NCBI RefSeq assembly: GCF_000284455.1
Contig: NC_017039.1
Location: forward strand, 2,400,001-2,432,000
Length of the DNA: 32,000 nt
Source: Synechocystis sp. PCC 6803 substr. PCC-P
GTDB taxonomy: Bacteria; Cyanobacteriota; Cyanobacteriia; Cyanobacteriales; Microcystaceae
Reading direction: 5' to 3'
Part shown: positions 19,362 to 29,361 of the stretch, one piece after another
Layout: every line of letters starts with the position of its first letter
How positions within the stretch are numbered: the stretch's first letter is position 1
Made by a program: the position numbers and the translations under genes
The notes under the pieces: model-generated
Database searches by the model: none
Told to the model about the DNA's origin: nothing
Seen by the model: the letters and a program-made list of their open reading frames with translations, nothing else

Positions 19362-20513
19362 TCAACGGTAAACAGGCAACGTAAAGTGAAAAGAACTACC
19401 CTGTTTGGGGCGACTGTCCACCCAAATTTGGCCGTAGTGGGCCTGGATAATTTTGCGACAGAGAGATAAACCTAAACCATAGCCATCGGTCTGTTCATCC
19501 CGTTGCAGTCGAAAGTGTCCCTCAAAAATGGTTTCTTGTTTGGAATTGGGAATGCCGGGGCCGTTGTCAGTGATGCTGACCTGAACTTTTTGGGTAGTAC
19601 GATGGAGAGCTCCCACGGTAATGGAACCATGGGCAGGAGTGTACTTGATAGCGTTATCTAAAAGATTGGCAATTACTTGGCGAATTAATTCCTCATCGGC
19701 AAAAACATTTGGTAAGTCTTTGGGAATATCGTAGGTAATGGTGAGATTTTTTTTGCTAAATTTTGCTTGGTACAATTCCAGAACTTCTTGGCAAAGATCG
19801 GCGATCGCCAGGGGACGACCGTGAACTTGAAACTGAGAATTAAGATTTTTAGAAGCCTGTAAAATGTCTTCAATTAAGCGGTCCATAATTTTGAACTGCT
19901 TGCGAGCTTGATACAATAGTTGACTTCTGAGGGCAGGTTTCTGTTCTTCGATGGGTTTGTGTTGTAACAATTCCAAGGTATCAACGGCAATGGAGGCGGC
20001 GGTGAGGGGACTGCGTAAATCGTGGGCCAACATGGCCAGAATCTGATCCTTGAACTGTATTTGTTGGAGCAATTCTTCCTTATCTTTCTTCAGCAGAAAA
20101 AGTTCGTCGGACATTTTCATCAGTTCCCCGGAATAACCCACGGAGGAAATTTCCCGGGGACAACTGGGGGATTGCCCCGTATCCTCTGGGTTAGGATCCA
20201 TCGCCAATTCCTGTTGCCAGCGGGGCCACCATTTTTGCAATTGTTGGATGATATTACTGCCAGCTAAAACCTGCCGTGGTTCTGGTTGTAGTTTAATCAA
20301 GGAGGGGGTGGCGACCAGACGAAAATGCTCTACGAGGTGGGGATGTTTACTGATTTGCAGAATTTGGAGGTCATGGCTGTGTCCATCCAACAGGTTAGTC
20401 AGGCATTGACCAATTTCCTGCACACTGTCTTGGGAGTTGGGGCGATCATCGATGAACAGTAAAAACTGCAACGGCACAGAAGACGCATTACCAAGTTCAG
20501 AGGAGGAGGACAT
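19362..20513 (-). CDS. sasA: Circadian clock output histidine kinase SasA
   Basis: N-terminal KaiB-like thioredoxin-fold domain followed by HisKA/HATPase: MLAHDLRSPLTAASIAVDTLEL, LLDNAIKYTP, GYGLGLSLCRKII. Confidence 0.93.
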   Translation of the reverse strand: MSSSSELGNASSVPLQFLLFIDDRPNSQDSVQEIGQCLTNLLDGHSHDLQILQISKHPHLVEHFRLVATPSLIKLQPEPRQVLAGSNIIQQLQKWWPRWQQELAMDPNPEDTGQSPSCPREISSVGYSGELMKMSDELFLLKKDKEELLQQIQFKDQILAMLAHDLRSPLTAASIAVDTLELLQHKPIEEQKPALRSQLLYQARKQFKIMDRLIEDILQASKNLNSQFQVHGRPLAIADLCQEVLELYQAKFSKKNLTITYDIPKDLPNVFADEELIRQVIANLLDNAIKYTPAHGSITVGALHRTTQKVQVSITDNGPGIPNSKQETIFEGHFRLQRDEQTDGYGLGLSLCRKIIQAHYGQIWVDSRPKQGSSFHFTLPVYR

Positions 20514-20658
20514 TGCAGGGCTTTCGGCTTTTAAAGACAGGGTGTCCGGACTGATAAGGTCCAGTCTGAATCTAGGTAAATGGGGTTATTCTTACCAACT
20601 AAAACCGTGATAATTCCGACTGTCCTCACCATAGATGAGCAGACCATGACCATAATTG

Positions 20659-21246
20659 TCAACGATCAGGGGGCATAAAATCCGTTTCAAATTGCTTGCG
20701 GGTGATGGGCTGGGCAATCATTAACCCTTCTCCTCCTAGTACTGTTAGAGGTTCTCCCTCCACTAGTAAACGAACAGGAAGATTGGGGTCTGTACTGGTA
20801 GCGGTGTAAATAATTTGTCCCAGTCTGGCAATCATACTTTGACTCCCTCCCCCTGCGGTGAATTGGGCTGATAGGTCAACGTTGATGCCGGTGGCGGTTT
20901 TGGTGAGGCTCAGAAGGCTGGTATTGGGGGGAATGGCGGAAATGTCGCTGTCAGGAGCGGCTAATAGGGTTTTCAGGGCTCGTTCCGTCTGTACTTCTGG
21001 TGGATCATTGTTGGGGGGAATGTTTTGGGGCACAAAGGCGATCGCCGTGTCATTGTTGTTAAGCCAGTAAATTTGTGCTTGCCCAGGGACGGCCTTGTCG
21101 GGCTTATCGGGGTCCACTGTGACCGTGGGGGAACGTTGGGAAAGATTAAATCCAGTCCAGAAGGCAAAGCCGGTGCCAACCAATGCCACCATCAGAGCGG
21201 CCAGAGCAAAGCCGGTCAGGGACGAAGATGATTTTTGTTCGCTCAT
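20659..21246 (-). CDS. GerMN-domain-like protein with N-terminal TM helix
   Basis: AQIYWLNNNDTAIAFVP...ERALKTLLAAPDS...SAIPPNTSLLSLTKTATGINVDLSAQFTAGGGSQSMIARLGQIIYTAT matches the GerMN pattern. Confidence 0.8.
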   Translation of the reverse strand: MSEQKSSSSLTGFALAALMVALVGTGFAFWTGFNLSQRSPTVTVDPDKPDKAVPGQAQIYWLNNNDTAIAFVPQNIPPNNDPPEVQTERALKTLLAAPDSDISAIPPNTSLLSLTKTATGINVDLSAQFTAGGGSQSMIARLGQIIYTATSTDPNLPVRLLVEGEPLTVLGGEGLMIAQPITRKQFETDFMPPDR

Positions 21247-21446
21247 GATTTTTTCCACCAGTGCCGGAACTAATTCCAGTTTATCTTCTCGATTGGACTA
21301 GATTGAAAGCCAGGGCGGCATTAATTCGGCTTCAAGCAGTTGAGTTTGGGGGTTAGTTCCTCGTTGGTTAATGGTGACGACCCCGGACGACGTAAACTGG
21401 GGGTTGGCAAATTTTGTTGTGACCTTCATCGTTAAAGATTGGAATC

Positions 21447-22175
21447 GTGCGAAAAATCATTATTGCGGGCAATTGGAAAATGCATAAGACGCAGGCGGAG
21501 GCCCAAGCGTTTTTGCAGGGGTTTAAACCTTTAATCGAAGATGCGGCGGAAAGTCGTGAGGTGGTGTTGTGTGTTCCTTTCACCGATTTGAGCGGCATGT
21601 CCCAACAACTCCATGGCGGTAGGGTCCGCCTAGGGGCACAAAATGTCCATTGGGAAGCGAGTGGGGCCTACACAGGGGAAATTTCAGCGGCTATGTTGAC
21701 GGAAATCGGTATTCATTATGTGGTTATCGGCCACAGTGAACGACGGCAATATTTTGGGGAAACGGACGAAACTGCCAATTTGAGAGTATTGGCGGCCCAA
21801 AAGGCGGGCTTAATTCCCATTCTGTGTGTGGGGGAAAGTAAGGCGCAACGGGATGCCGGAGAAACGGAACAGGTTATCGTTGACCAAGTGAAAAAAGGCT
21901 TGGTGAATGTGGATCAATCTAACCTAGTCATCGCCTACGAGCCGATTTGGGCCATTGGTACAGGGGACACCTGTGCGGCAACGGAAGCCAATCGGGTTAT
22001 TGGGCTGATTCGGGAACAGTTAACTAATTCCCAGGTCACCATCCAGTATGGCGGTTCGGTCAATGCCAACAATGTGGATGAAATTATGGCCCAACCGGAA
22101 ATTGATGGAGCCTTGGTGGGAGGAGCTAGTCTGGAACCCCAGAGCTTTGCCCGCATTGTTAATTTTCAGCCCTGA
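21447..22175 (+). CDS. tpiA: Triosephosphate isomerase
   Basis: [62 protein letters not shown]. Confidence 0.99.
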   Translation: MRKIIIAGNWKMHKTQAEAQAFLQGFKPLIEDAAESREVVLCVPFTDLSGMSQQLHGGRVRLGAQNVHWEASGAYTGEISAAMLTEIGIHYVVIGHSERRQYFGETDETANLRVLAAQKAGLIPILCVGESKAQRDAGETEQVIVDQVKKGLVNVDQSNLVIAYEPIWAIGTGDTCAATEANRVIGLIREQLTNSQVTIQYGGSVNANNVDEIMAQPEIDGALVGGASLEPQSFARIVNFQP

Positions 22176-22184
22176 GTAGATTGA

Positions 22185-23216
22185 TTGACGGGTGTGATGA
22201 AGCTTAGTCAGTGGTTAGGTTTAGCTTGTTTGGCAATGGCGGCCTATGTGGCTTGGGAAATCCGCCAACTGTTGTTACTGCTTTTCCTGGCCATTGTGCT
22301 GAGCACTGCCCTCAATCGTTTAGTTAAACAATTACAAACCTGGGGAATTAAACGGCCTCTGGCCCTAGCTATTACCCTGATCACCGTCACAGTGGCGGTG
22401 GTTTTATTTTTTCTGTTAGTTATTCCCCCTTTTTGGGAACAACTGCAAATTCTCATCGGTTCCCTGCCTAAAGTTGGCGATCGCCTGGAGAATTTTTTTG
22501 AAGACTGGCACGACCGGATGGAGGTGAAATTTTTTAGCCAAGCTTTTTCCGTCGATGATCTGCCGGACTCCATTTCCGCCCTGGGGGCCAATGCCCTTAG
22601 TTCCCTGATTAACCTATTTTCCAATTCCGTCACCGCTGTCCTGCAAATAATCTTCATCCTGGCGATCGCCGTGATGATGTTGCTTTCTCCCCAAGCCTAT
22701 CGACAGGGCACCCTAAAATTATTTCCCTCCTTTTACCGCCGCCGGGCCGACGAAATCCTGACCCAATCAGAATCTTCCCTGGGCAATTGGCTCACGGGCA
22801 TTGTCATTAACTCTTTTTTTATCGCCAGTCTCAGCGGCATTGGGTTATGGATATTGCAAATTAAATTAGTCCTAGTCCATGCTTTGATGGCGGGAATTTT
22901 AAATTTCATTCCTAACATTGGCCCCGCCGCCAGTGTGGTATTTCCCCTGATGATTGCTGTGCTGGACGCCCCCTGGAAAATCATTGCCGTACTAATTCTC
23001 TATTTCCTCATTCAAAATGTGGAAAGCTATTGGCTGACCCCCATTGTTATGGCCAAGCAAGTTTCCCTGCTGCCCGCGGTCACCCTCATCGCCCAACTAT
23101 TTTTTGCCAGCATATTCGGACTTTTAGGTTTGATCCTAGCCCTACCCCTGACGGTGGTTTTAAAAACCTGGATTGAAGAAGCTCTGTTTAAAGATCTTTT
23201 GGATAATTGGCAATGA
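22185..23216 (+). CDS. AI-2E/PerM family transporter
   Basis: 343 aa polytopic ORF with LNFIPNIGPAASVVFPLMIAVLDAPWKIIAVLILYFLIQNVESYWLTPIVMAKQVSLLPAVTLIAQLFFASIFGLLGLILALPLTVVLK. Confidence 0.92.
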   Translation: MTGVMKLSQWLGLACLAMAAYVAWEIRQLLLLLFLAIVLSTALNRLVKQLQTWGIKRPLALAITLITVTVAVVLFFLLVIPPFWEQLQILIGSLPKVGDRLENFFEDWHDRMEVKFFSQAFSVDDLPDSISALGANALSSLINLFSNSVTAVLQIIFILAIAVMMLLSPQAYRQGTLKLFPSFYRRRADEILTQSESSLGNWLTGIVINSFFIASLSGIGLWILQIKLVLVHALMAGILNFIPNIGPAASVVFPLMIAVLDAPWKIIAVLILYFLIQNVESYWLTPIVMAKQVSLLPAVTLIAQLFFASIFGLLGLILALPLTVVLKTWIEEALFKDLLDNWQ

Positions 23217-24169
23217 GCAATTCCAGTGGATCCCGTCTCCCCCAGCCAAAATCTTTTCCCATTCTGCGTCCCCTACTGACTCTATCAGCCTGGGCTTTAC
23301 AGAGTCTTGTGGTGCCCCCTGTCCAGGCTGAAACGGTGTTGGAATCCATTAAATCCACTGGCTTACTCGAGGTAGCGATTCGAGACGACTCAGTGCCCTT
23401 TGGTTTTCGGGACGGCCCTGCCAATCAATGGACAGGCATTTGTGTGGACTTTATCCAAGCGTTACAAGCAGAGGTATCTGCCACCCTCGGGGGTCAACCT
23501 CTACTGGTAAAGTTTTATCAGTCCAGTTTGTTCAATCGCTATAACCTGGTGGCCGAAAAAGTAGTGGTGGTGGAGTGTGGCCCCAACACCATCCGCCGTG
23601 ACCTACCATTGCCCATCACCTTTTCCCGGCCTTTTTTCGTCACAGGAACCCAATTTTTAATTCCCGCCGATCGCCTGGGGTCATTTGACAGTGATGGTGA
23701 TTTGCGCGGGGAGAGAATCGGAGTCTTGGGCGGTACCAGTAACAGTGAATTTTTAGCGGCCCGTTATCCCGAAGCAGAACTGATTAATTTTCAGGGTTTT
23801 ACAGCACGGCGTTTGGGGGTAGAAGCTCTTATGCAGGGGCGCATTGATGCTTTTGCCGGTGATGGCATTTTGCTGTTTGGAGAAGCCCTAGTGCTGGACA
23901 TTCCTCTAGGGCGGAGTTATCGCCTTTATCCCCCCTATCCCCTGGATTGTCAGGGCTATGGGCTGATTTTGCCCGCCGATCAGCCGGAATGGGAAAATTT
24001 GGTTAACCGAGTTGTGACCTCCCCCAATTCCCGGGATATTTACCGCCGCTGGCTAGGCCCAATTTTCCCAGCTCTGGAAAGAATAGAACAGCATTGCCAG
24101 GCCAGACAGAAGCCATCTTCCCCTAAGGAGCCCACAGAGGACGAAAGCCCATCAGGGAAAGAGCCTTGA
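23207..24169 (+). CDS. Family 3 extracellular solute-binding protein
   Basis: Signal peptide, then GLLEVAIRDDSVPFGFRDGPANQWTGICVDFIQALQ...RIGVLGGTSNSEFLAARYPEAE...GRIDAFAGDGILLFGEA. Confidence 0.88.
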   Translation: MAMSNSSGSRLPQPKSFPILRPLLTLSAWALQSLVVPPVQAETVLESIKSTGLLEVAIRDDSVPFGFRDGPANQWTGICVDFIQALQAEVSATLGGQPLLVKFYQSSLFNRYNLVAEKVVVVECGPNTIRRDLPLPITFSRPFFVTGTQFLIPADRLGSFDSDGDLRGERIGVLGGTSNSEFLAARYPEAELINFQGFTARRLGVEALMQGRIDAFAGDGILLFGEALVLDIPLGRSYRLYPPYPLDCQGYGLILPADQPEWENLVNRVVTSPNSRDIYRRWLGPIFPALERIEQHCQARQKPSSPKEPTEDESPSGKEP

Positions 24170-25613
24170 GTTCCGCCTGTTGCCCTAACTCTGGCCTTAA
24201 GGGCGGTATGAGCAACCATAACTGACTATCGGCGATCGCCTCCCCGGTGTCGGTGTTAAGACGGCTATCAGCCGGGGTTTCGGGATCGATAATTACCTGG
24301 TCAAATAACAGAGCCAAACCGTCAGGGGAAAGGCTCATTTGGGTGTCCCGGTAATCCTGCAACTTAAGCAGGGGAAAAACTTCACCGCTGTTGACGTTAA
24401 TTTGGACAAAATAAGGCTCTTCAATGTATTCATCCCCCGGCAAAAGCTTGGTTAGCAGACAGTACAGGGTTTGGTTATTGCGACCAAATTCACAACTGAC
24501 AATGGAGCCGTCCGTATCCACTAATTCCTTTTGCACCCCAAGGTTATTGACAAAGAAAAGGGTTCTTTGGAAGCGTTTTTGGGCATCTTCCGTATTGAAA
24601 TTCACCAGAGCGGCGGCGCTACCATCGCTGGAAAAAGTTAACAGTTGACCGAATTTGGGCAGAAAATCCAATGGTTTTGCATCCGGTTGGAGGGGCAAAA
24701 TACCGATGCCTTCCCCCCGAGCCACGGCCAAGGACTGATTATCCGGGGCGATTTGAAAGTCTCCGCCCTGTACCTTCAGACGCTCAGGCTTTTGCTGGTT
24801 TTTGAGCATCCAGAGGTCAAAGTCAGCGGGATTTTCACGGTTGACCCTCTGCACCACAATGGATTTACCGTCTTCGCTTACGTCGAATTGATTGTTCTGA
24901 AATCCCTGGTTATCCAGCACCAAAGTCGGTTTGGGCAACTCTTGGGGATTGTCATTCTCCACCACGGGCACTTGGTATAGCTGTAGTTGCCGGAGCCCCT
25001 CAAAGCCCAATTGAATTTCAGCGGCGGCAAACAGAATCCCTTTACCCCCGTCAAAGAATTGGAAATCCACCACAGTCAGTCCCGGTGGGGTGAGGATGGT
25101 TTTCCTTTGTTTAGTCAGGTTGTAGAAAATAATCCGTCCCTGCTCGATCCCTTGGGTGCCAATGTAAGCAAAGGCCCGGTCTCGACTACGGAAACTGCTG
25201 GTGAAGGGGGCCATCATTTGCCCTTGGTGGTGACCCGCATACTGTTCCCGCACATTGGTGATTTGCAGTTCGTAATCAGTGCCGTAGGGAATGGGATTTT
25301 CCAGGGTATAGGCCATGCGACGACCCGCCCAACTAAATTTTCCTGGTAGGGCTGGGGTAATGACCAAATTCTTTTCCACCTCCCGTTGGTCCATGGGACG
25401 GTCAAAGGTGATGATAAAAGCCCTGTCCTTCGCCCCCAGATCAGCCTCGCCCCAACTAAAATTTTGTACCCTGGGACGGTTGGCAAATATACACTGATTG
25501 TTGTTCTGGCAGGTGTAATGACCCACCACCACCACGGCGATCGCCGCACTAAGGACACCGATCAAACCGAGGGCCGCACGATCAATGGGTTCAGAAAAAT
25601 ATTTAGCGAGCAT
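24123..25613 (-). CDS. Membrane-anchored protein with Ig-like (Big_5-like) domain and beta-propeller-like C-terminus
   Basis: TM helix then DRAFIITFDRPMDQREVEKNLVITPALPGKFSWAGRRMAYTLENPIPYGTDYELQIT; repeated VSEDGKSIVVQRV, APDNQSLAVARGEG, FSSDGSAAALVNF blades. Track ORF reaches 25745; ATG at 25613 preferred. Confidence 0.72.
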   Translation of the reverse strand: MLAKYFSEPIDRAALGLIGVLSAAIAVVVVGHYTCQNNNQCIFANRPRVQNFSWGEADLGAKDRAFIITFDRPMDQREVEKNLVITPALPGKFSWAGRRMAYTLENPIPYGTDYELQITNVREQYAGHHQGQMMAPFTSSFRSRDRAFAYIGTQGIEQGRIIFYNLTKQRKTILTPPGLTVVDFQFFDGGKGILFAAAEIQLGFEGLRQLQLYQVPVVENDNPQELPKPTLVLDNQGFQNNQFDVSEDGKSIVVQRVNRENPADFDLWMLKNQQKPERLKVQGGDFQIAPDNQSLAVARGEGIGILPLQPDAKPLDFLPKFGQLLTFSSDGSAAALVNFNTEDAQKRFQRTLFFVNNLGVQKELVDTDGSIVSCEFGRNNQTLYCLLTKLLPGDEYIEEPYFVQINVNSGEVFPLLKLQDYRDTQMSLSPDGLALLFDQVIIDPETPADSRLNTDTGEAIADSQLWLLIPPLRPELGQQAELKALSLMGFRPLWAP

Positions 25614-25835
25614 GGATAGAGGAGCAAAATTTAGAACAGAATCACAGCCGGACTTCCCTTTCCCCAGGGCTTGAAGCTGTGTTACATTTTGTGATGAGTA
25701 GTTCTCATTTTTGCCAAGTTTGGGAGCTTTTCCACCCTTGGTCAAACCGTCATAGTACGCTGATTATATGCGATTTTACGGCTCCGCCGGAGTCAACCCC
25801 CTCCATCCCTGATCCTTAAGAGAAGTCTAGCTTCA

Positions 25836-26504
25836 ATGTTTTCAAAAGAAGTCACCGAATCAAAAGTTTTTCAATGGTTCAATGATCGTCTGGAAGTGCA
25901 AGCCATCTCCGATGACATTGCCAGCAAATACGTTCCTCCCCACGTCAATATTTTTTACTGTCTGGGGGGCCTGACCCTGACCTGCTTCCTGATCCAGTTT
26001 GCCACTGGGTTCGCCATGACCTTCTACTACAAACCCACGGTCACGGAAGCCTTCGCCTCTGTCCAATACATCATGAATGAAGTCAACTTTGGTTGGCTGA
26101 TTCGCTCCATTCACCGTTGGTCCGCCAGCATGATGGTGCTGATGATGATTCTCCACGTTTTTCGGGTTTACCTCACCGGTGGTTTCAAGAAGCCCCGGGA
26201 ATTGACCTGGGTTGTGGGTGTAATGCTAGCCGTCACCACTGTCACCTTTGGTGTAACCGGTTACTCCCTTCCCTGGGACCAGGTGGGTTACTGGGCGGTA
26301 AAAATCGTTTCCGGTGTACCGGCCGCTATTCCCGTGGTTGGGGATCAATTGGTGACCCTCATGCGAGGTAGTGAAAGCGTTGGTCAGGCTACCTTGACCC
26401 GCTTCTACAGCCTCCACACCTTCGTGCTTCCCTGGGCGATCGCCGTGTTGCTGTTGTTGCACTTCCTGATGATCCGCAAACAAGGCATTTCCGGTCCTTT
26501 GTAA
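25836..26504 (+). CDS. petB: Cytochrome b6
   Basis: 222 aa [67 protein letters not shown]. Confidence 0.99.
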   Translation: MFSKEVTESKVFQWFNDRLEVQAISDDIASKYVPPHVNIFYCLGGLTLTCFLIQFATGFAMTFYYKPTVTEAFASVQYIMNEVNFGWLIRSIHRWSASMMVLMMILHVFRVYLTGGFKKPRELTWVVGVMLAVTTVTFGVTGYSLPWDQVGYWAVKIVSGVPAAIPVVGDQLVTLMRGSESVGQATLTRFYSLHTFVLPWAIAVLLLLHFLMIRKQGISGPL

Positions 26505-26634
26505 TTCCTGTCTTCCCACCGATCTGAGTTTGATCGGGCAATTTCGTTTAAACCGTTGCCAAATTGCTAAAGATTGGAACAGATTAGAAAATCTAGAAAA
26601 CTTCTAAAAAACCTTAACTTGGAGCCTCTGCCCC

Positions 26635-27117
26635 ATGAGTATTATCAAAAAGCCGGATCTTAGCGATCCCGATTTACGGGCCAAACTTGCCAAAGGCATG
26701 GGTCACAACTATTATGGTGAGCCCGCCTGGCCCAACGACATTCTTTACATGTTTCCTATCTGCATCCTTGGTGCTTTGGGGCTAATTGCCGGATTGGCGA
26801 TCCTCGACCCTGCCATGATCGGTGAACCAGCGGATCCCTTTGCGACCCCTCTGGAAATTTTGCCTGAATGGTACCTGTACCCCACTTTCCAAATTTTGCG
26901 CATTCTTCCCAACAAACTTTTGGGCATTGCCGGTATGGCTGCCATTCCCCTTGGTTTGATGTTGGTGCCTTTCATTGAAAGTGTGAACAAATTCCAAAAC
27001 CCCTTCCGTCGTCCCATTGCCATGACTGTCTTCTTGTTCGGCACTGCGGCGGCTTTATGGTTAGGTGCTGGGGCAACTTTCCCCATTGATAAGTCCCTAA
27101 CCTTGGGCTTGTTCTAA
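26635..27117 (+). CDS. petD: Cytochrome b6-f complex subunit 4
   Basis: 160 aa [46 protein letters not shown]...[13 protein letters not shown]. Confidence 0.99.
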   Translation: MSIIKKPDLSDPDLRAKLAKGMGHNYYGEPAWPNDILYMFPICILGALGLIAGLAILDPAMIGEPADPFATPLEILPEWYLYPTFQILRILPNKLLGIAGMAAIPLGLMLVPFIESVNKFQNPFRRPIAMTVFLFGTAAALWLGAGATFPIDKSLTLGLF

Positions 27118-27272
27118 TGAAGATTTTCCACTCTTGGGTAAGGTCGACAGTAGTGGTTTGAGTCCTATAAGTTCAACAAAATCCTAATCCATCTTTAAGA
27201 CCTGGTATCTCGGGATATTTGTTAGCTAACTCCCAGAACGATTGGCCAAAATTCAAGATATCATTACCACAT

Positions 27273-27315
27273 AAATTCCTTTGTCAGCTTATTTTGTTTG
27301 CAAAGGAATTTTTTT
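27273..27315 (+). terminator. Intrinsic terminator downstream of petBD
   Basis: Perfect 11 bp stem AAATTCCTTTG (27273-27283) / CAAAGGAATTT (27301-27311), 17 nt loop, followed by T-run. Confidence 0.75.
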
Positions 27316-27368
27316 GCTGGTAAAAATCCTGATTGCATTGCCAAACATCCTCTCAATCTTGACAATCA

Positions 27369-28790
27369 ATGAAAATTGTTATTGATGGTATTTTTTTTCA
27401 CATTGCCAATACCGGGATTGCGAGGGTGTGGCGGAGTGTCTTGGCGCAATGGTGTGATTCAGGTTTTATAGAAAATATTATTCTGATTGATCGAGGTCAT
27501 ACTGCTCCCCAGTTGCAAGGGGCTCAATACTATCATCTCCCAACGTTTAATTATCAAGAAGAAGCATTATTTTCCACCAAGCTACAGGAAATTTGTGATC
27601 AATTCCATGCTGATCTATTCATTTCCACTTACTACACAACGCCCCTATCTACCCCTTCCCTTTTAATGATCCATGACATGATTCCAGAGGTAATGGGCTG
27701 GGATTTAAGGGAGTTTTGGTGGCGAGAAAAAAACTATGCCATACTCTATGCCAATCAATATATTGCGGTTTCTAACAATACGGCCCAGGACTTAATGCGA
27801 TTTTATCCTGAGGTCCAGCCTTCCCGGATAACAGTTATTCATAATGGCGTTGATAAGGGATTCCATCCAGCAGAGTCACGAGAAATCAGTGGAATTAAAA
27901 CAAAGTTTGCTATCAATGCTTCCTATTTGTTACTAGTCGGTACCCATTTGGGAGCAAACCAATATAAAAACGGCACTATTTTATTTGAAGCGTTAAAGCA
28001 TTGGCAGAGTCCTGAAAAGTTAACTATTGTTTGCGTGGGGGGCAATGTAGATTTGCAAAGGGAAATGCCATCACTACCCAACAATGTTGATATTTGTTTG
28101 ATTCGACCAACAGATGAGGAATTAAAAGCTCTTTACTCTGGGGCGATCGCCTTGGTTTATCCTTCTTTGTACGAGGGCTTTGGTTTGCCGATTCTTGAGG
28201 CTATGGCCTGCGGTTGCCCAGTAATCACTTGCCATAACTCTTCATTGCCAGAGGTGGGGAAAGATGCAGTTATTTATATCGATGGTCAGAATAAAAGAGA
28301 AATGATTGAAGCCTTGGAAAAAGTTCAAAATCAAGCAATTCGCAACGAACTAATTACTAAAGGGAAAGAGCGAGCTAAAAAATTTCCCTGGTCAACAACT
28401 GCCGGCAAAATTAGTGATTTGTGTCTAGAAATAATTGCAGACACAAAAAATAAAGCAGAAAAAAATAACTTTATTTCGCTCTGGCAAGATTTTAGGCAAT
28501 GTCAGGTTCAAGAATATCAATATTCATCAATGGCAGAAACAATACAAGCGAAAAATATTGCGGTTAATGATCTAGTTTGTCATTTAGAAAATGAGATTGA
28601 AAATAACAATTATGTTATCGCTCATTTACAGACAGAGAATCAGCAATTGCAGGATTCCATTGATAAATTGAATTGGCAAATTGAAGAATTATTAAATACA
28701 AAGAAGACGCTAAAAAGATTATGCAGAAAAGTACTGAAGAAGCTATTTAGGCTCAAATTAGATACAGATAAAAGGTATAGGGACCACTAG
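27369..28790 (+). CDS. GT4-like glycosyltransferase with C-terminal coiled-coil/basic tail
   Basis: GIARVWRSVL, VSNNTAQDL, ITVIHNGVD, LYPSLYEGFGLPILEAMACGCPVITCHNSSLPEVGKDAVIYI; last ~110 aa helical with KKTLKRLCRKVLKKLFRLKLD. Confidence 0.9.
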   Translation: MKIVIDGIFFHIANTGIARVWRSVLAQWCDSGFIENIILIDRGHTAPQLQGAQYYHLPTFNYQEEALFSTKLQEICDQFHADLFISTYYTTPLSTPSLLMIHDMIPEVMGWDLREFWWREKNYAILYANQYIAVSNNTAQDLMRFYPEVQPSRITVIHNGVDKGFHPAESREISGIKTKFAINASYLLLVGTHLGANQYKNGTILFEALKHWQSPEKLTIVCVGGNVDLQREMPSLPNNVDICLIRPTDEELKALYSGAIALVYPSLYEGFGLPILEAMACGCPVITCHNSSLPEVGKDAVIYIDGQNKREMIEALEKVQNQAIRNELITKGKERAKKFPWSTTAGKISDLCLEIIADTKNKAEKNNFISLWQDFRQCQVQEYQYSSMAETIQAKNIAVNDLVCHLENEIENNNYVIAHLQTENQQLQDSIDKLNWQIEELLNTKKTLKRLCRKVLKKLFRLKLDTDKRYRDH

Positions 28791-28917
28791 AGACCGGATA
28801 TTGTTCGGCAAAAAGTTATATTTGCAGGTTCATGGTTGGCAAAATAGTTTAATCTAGACTATCTAAAGGTTTGTTAATATCAAGCCACCTCAAAATTGCG
28901 ATCTTAAACCGAGCGCT

Positions 28918-29325
28918 ATGACGAATACTAAGACTACCCCCACGGTCAAAATACTACGGGAATTTGCCTGGATTATGGCCGGGATGATTGCCTTTCTCTT
29001 TGGTCTGCTCATTCCCCTACTAAAGGGCCACGGATTACCTCCATTGCCCTGGGCGATCGCCTTTGCCTTTGGAGGGCTGGGGCTAGTGGCTCCCCGTAGT
29101 TTGGGCCCAGTGTATGAACTATGGCTAAAAATTGGCCATGTTTTAGGGTGGATTAACAGCCGCATCATCCTGACCCTAATTTTTGCGTTGGTGGTTACTC
29201 CTATGGCTCTGGTAATGAAATTAATCAAAAGGGACACCATGGCCCGCCAATTGGAGCCCCAGCAGGTTACCTATCGATCGCCTTGTCGTCCCCGGGACAT
29301 TAGCCATCTGCAAAAACCCTACTAA
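28918..29325 (+). CDS. SxtJ-like small membrane protein
   Basis: 135 aa LREFAWIMAGMIAFLFGLLIPLLKGHGLPPLPWAIAFAFGGLGLVAPRSLGPVYELWLKIGHVLGWINSRIILTLIFALVVTPMALVMKLIKRDTM. Confidence 0.7.
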   Translation: MTNTKTTPTVKILREFAWIMAGMIAFLFGLLIPLLKGHGLPPLPWAIAFAFGGLGLVAPRSLGPVYELWLKIGHVLGWINSRIILTLIFALVVTPMALVMKLIKRDTMARQLEPQQVTYRSPCRPRDISHLQKPY

Positions 29326-29361
29326 CCCACAAATTGCTAATAAACGTTTAAAAGTAACCTT

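Noticed and set aside
24424-25619. Several ORFs on both strands (24424-24648, 24645-24980, 24987-25349, 25214-25558, 25386-25619) inside the Ig-like/propeller gene
   Set aside because: All lie within one long ORF with recognisable domains and show no family signatures of their own.
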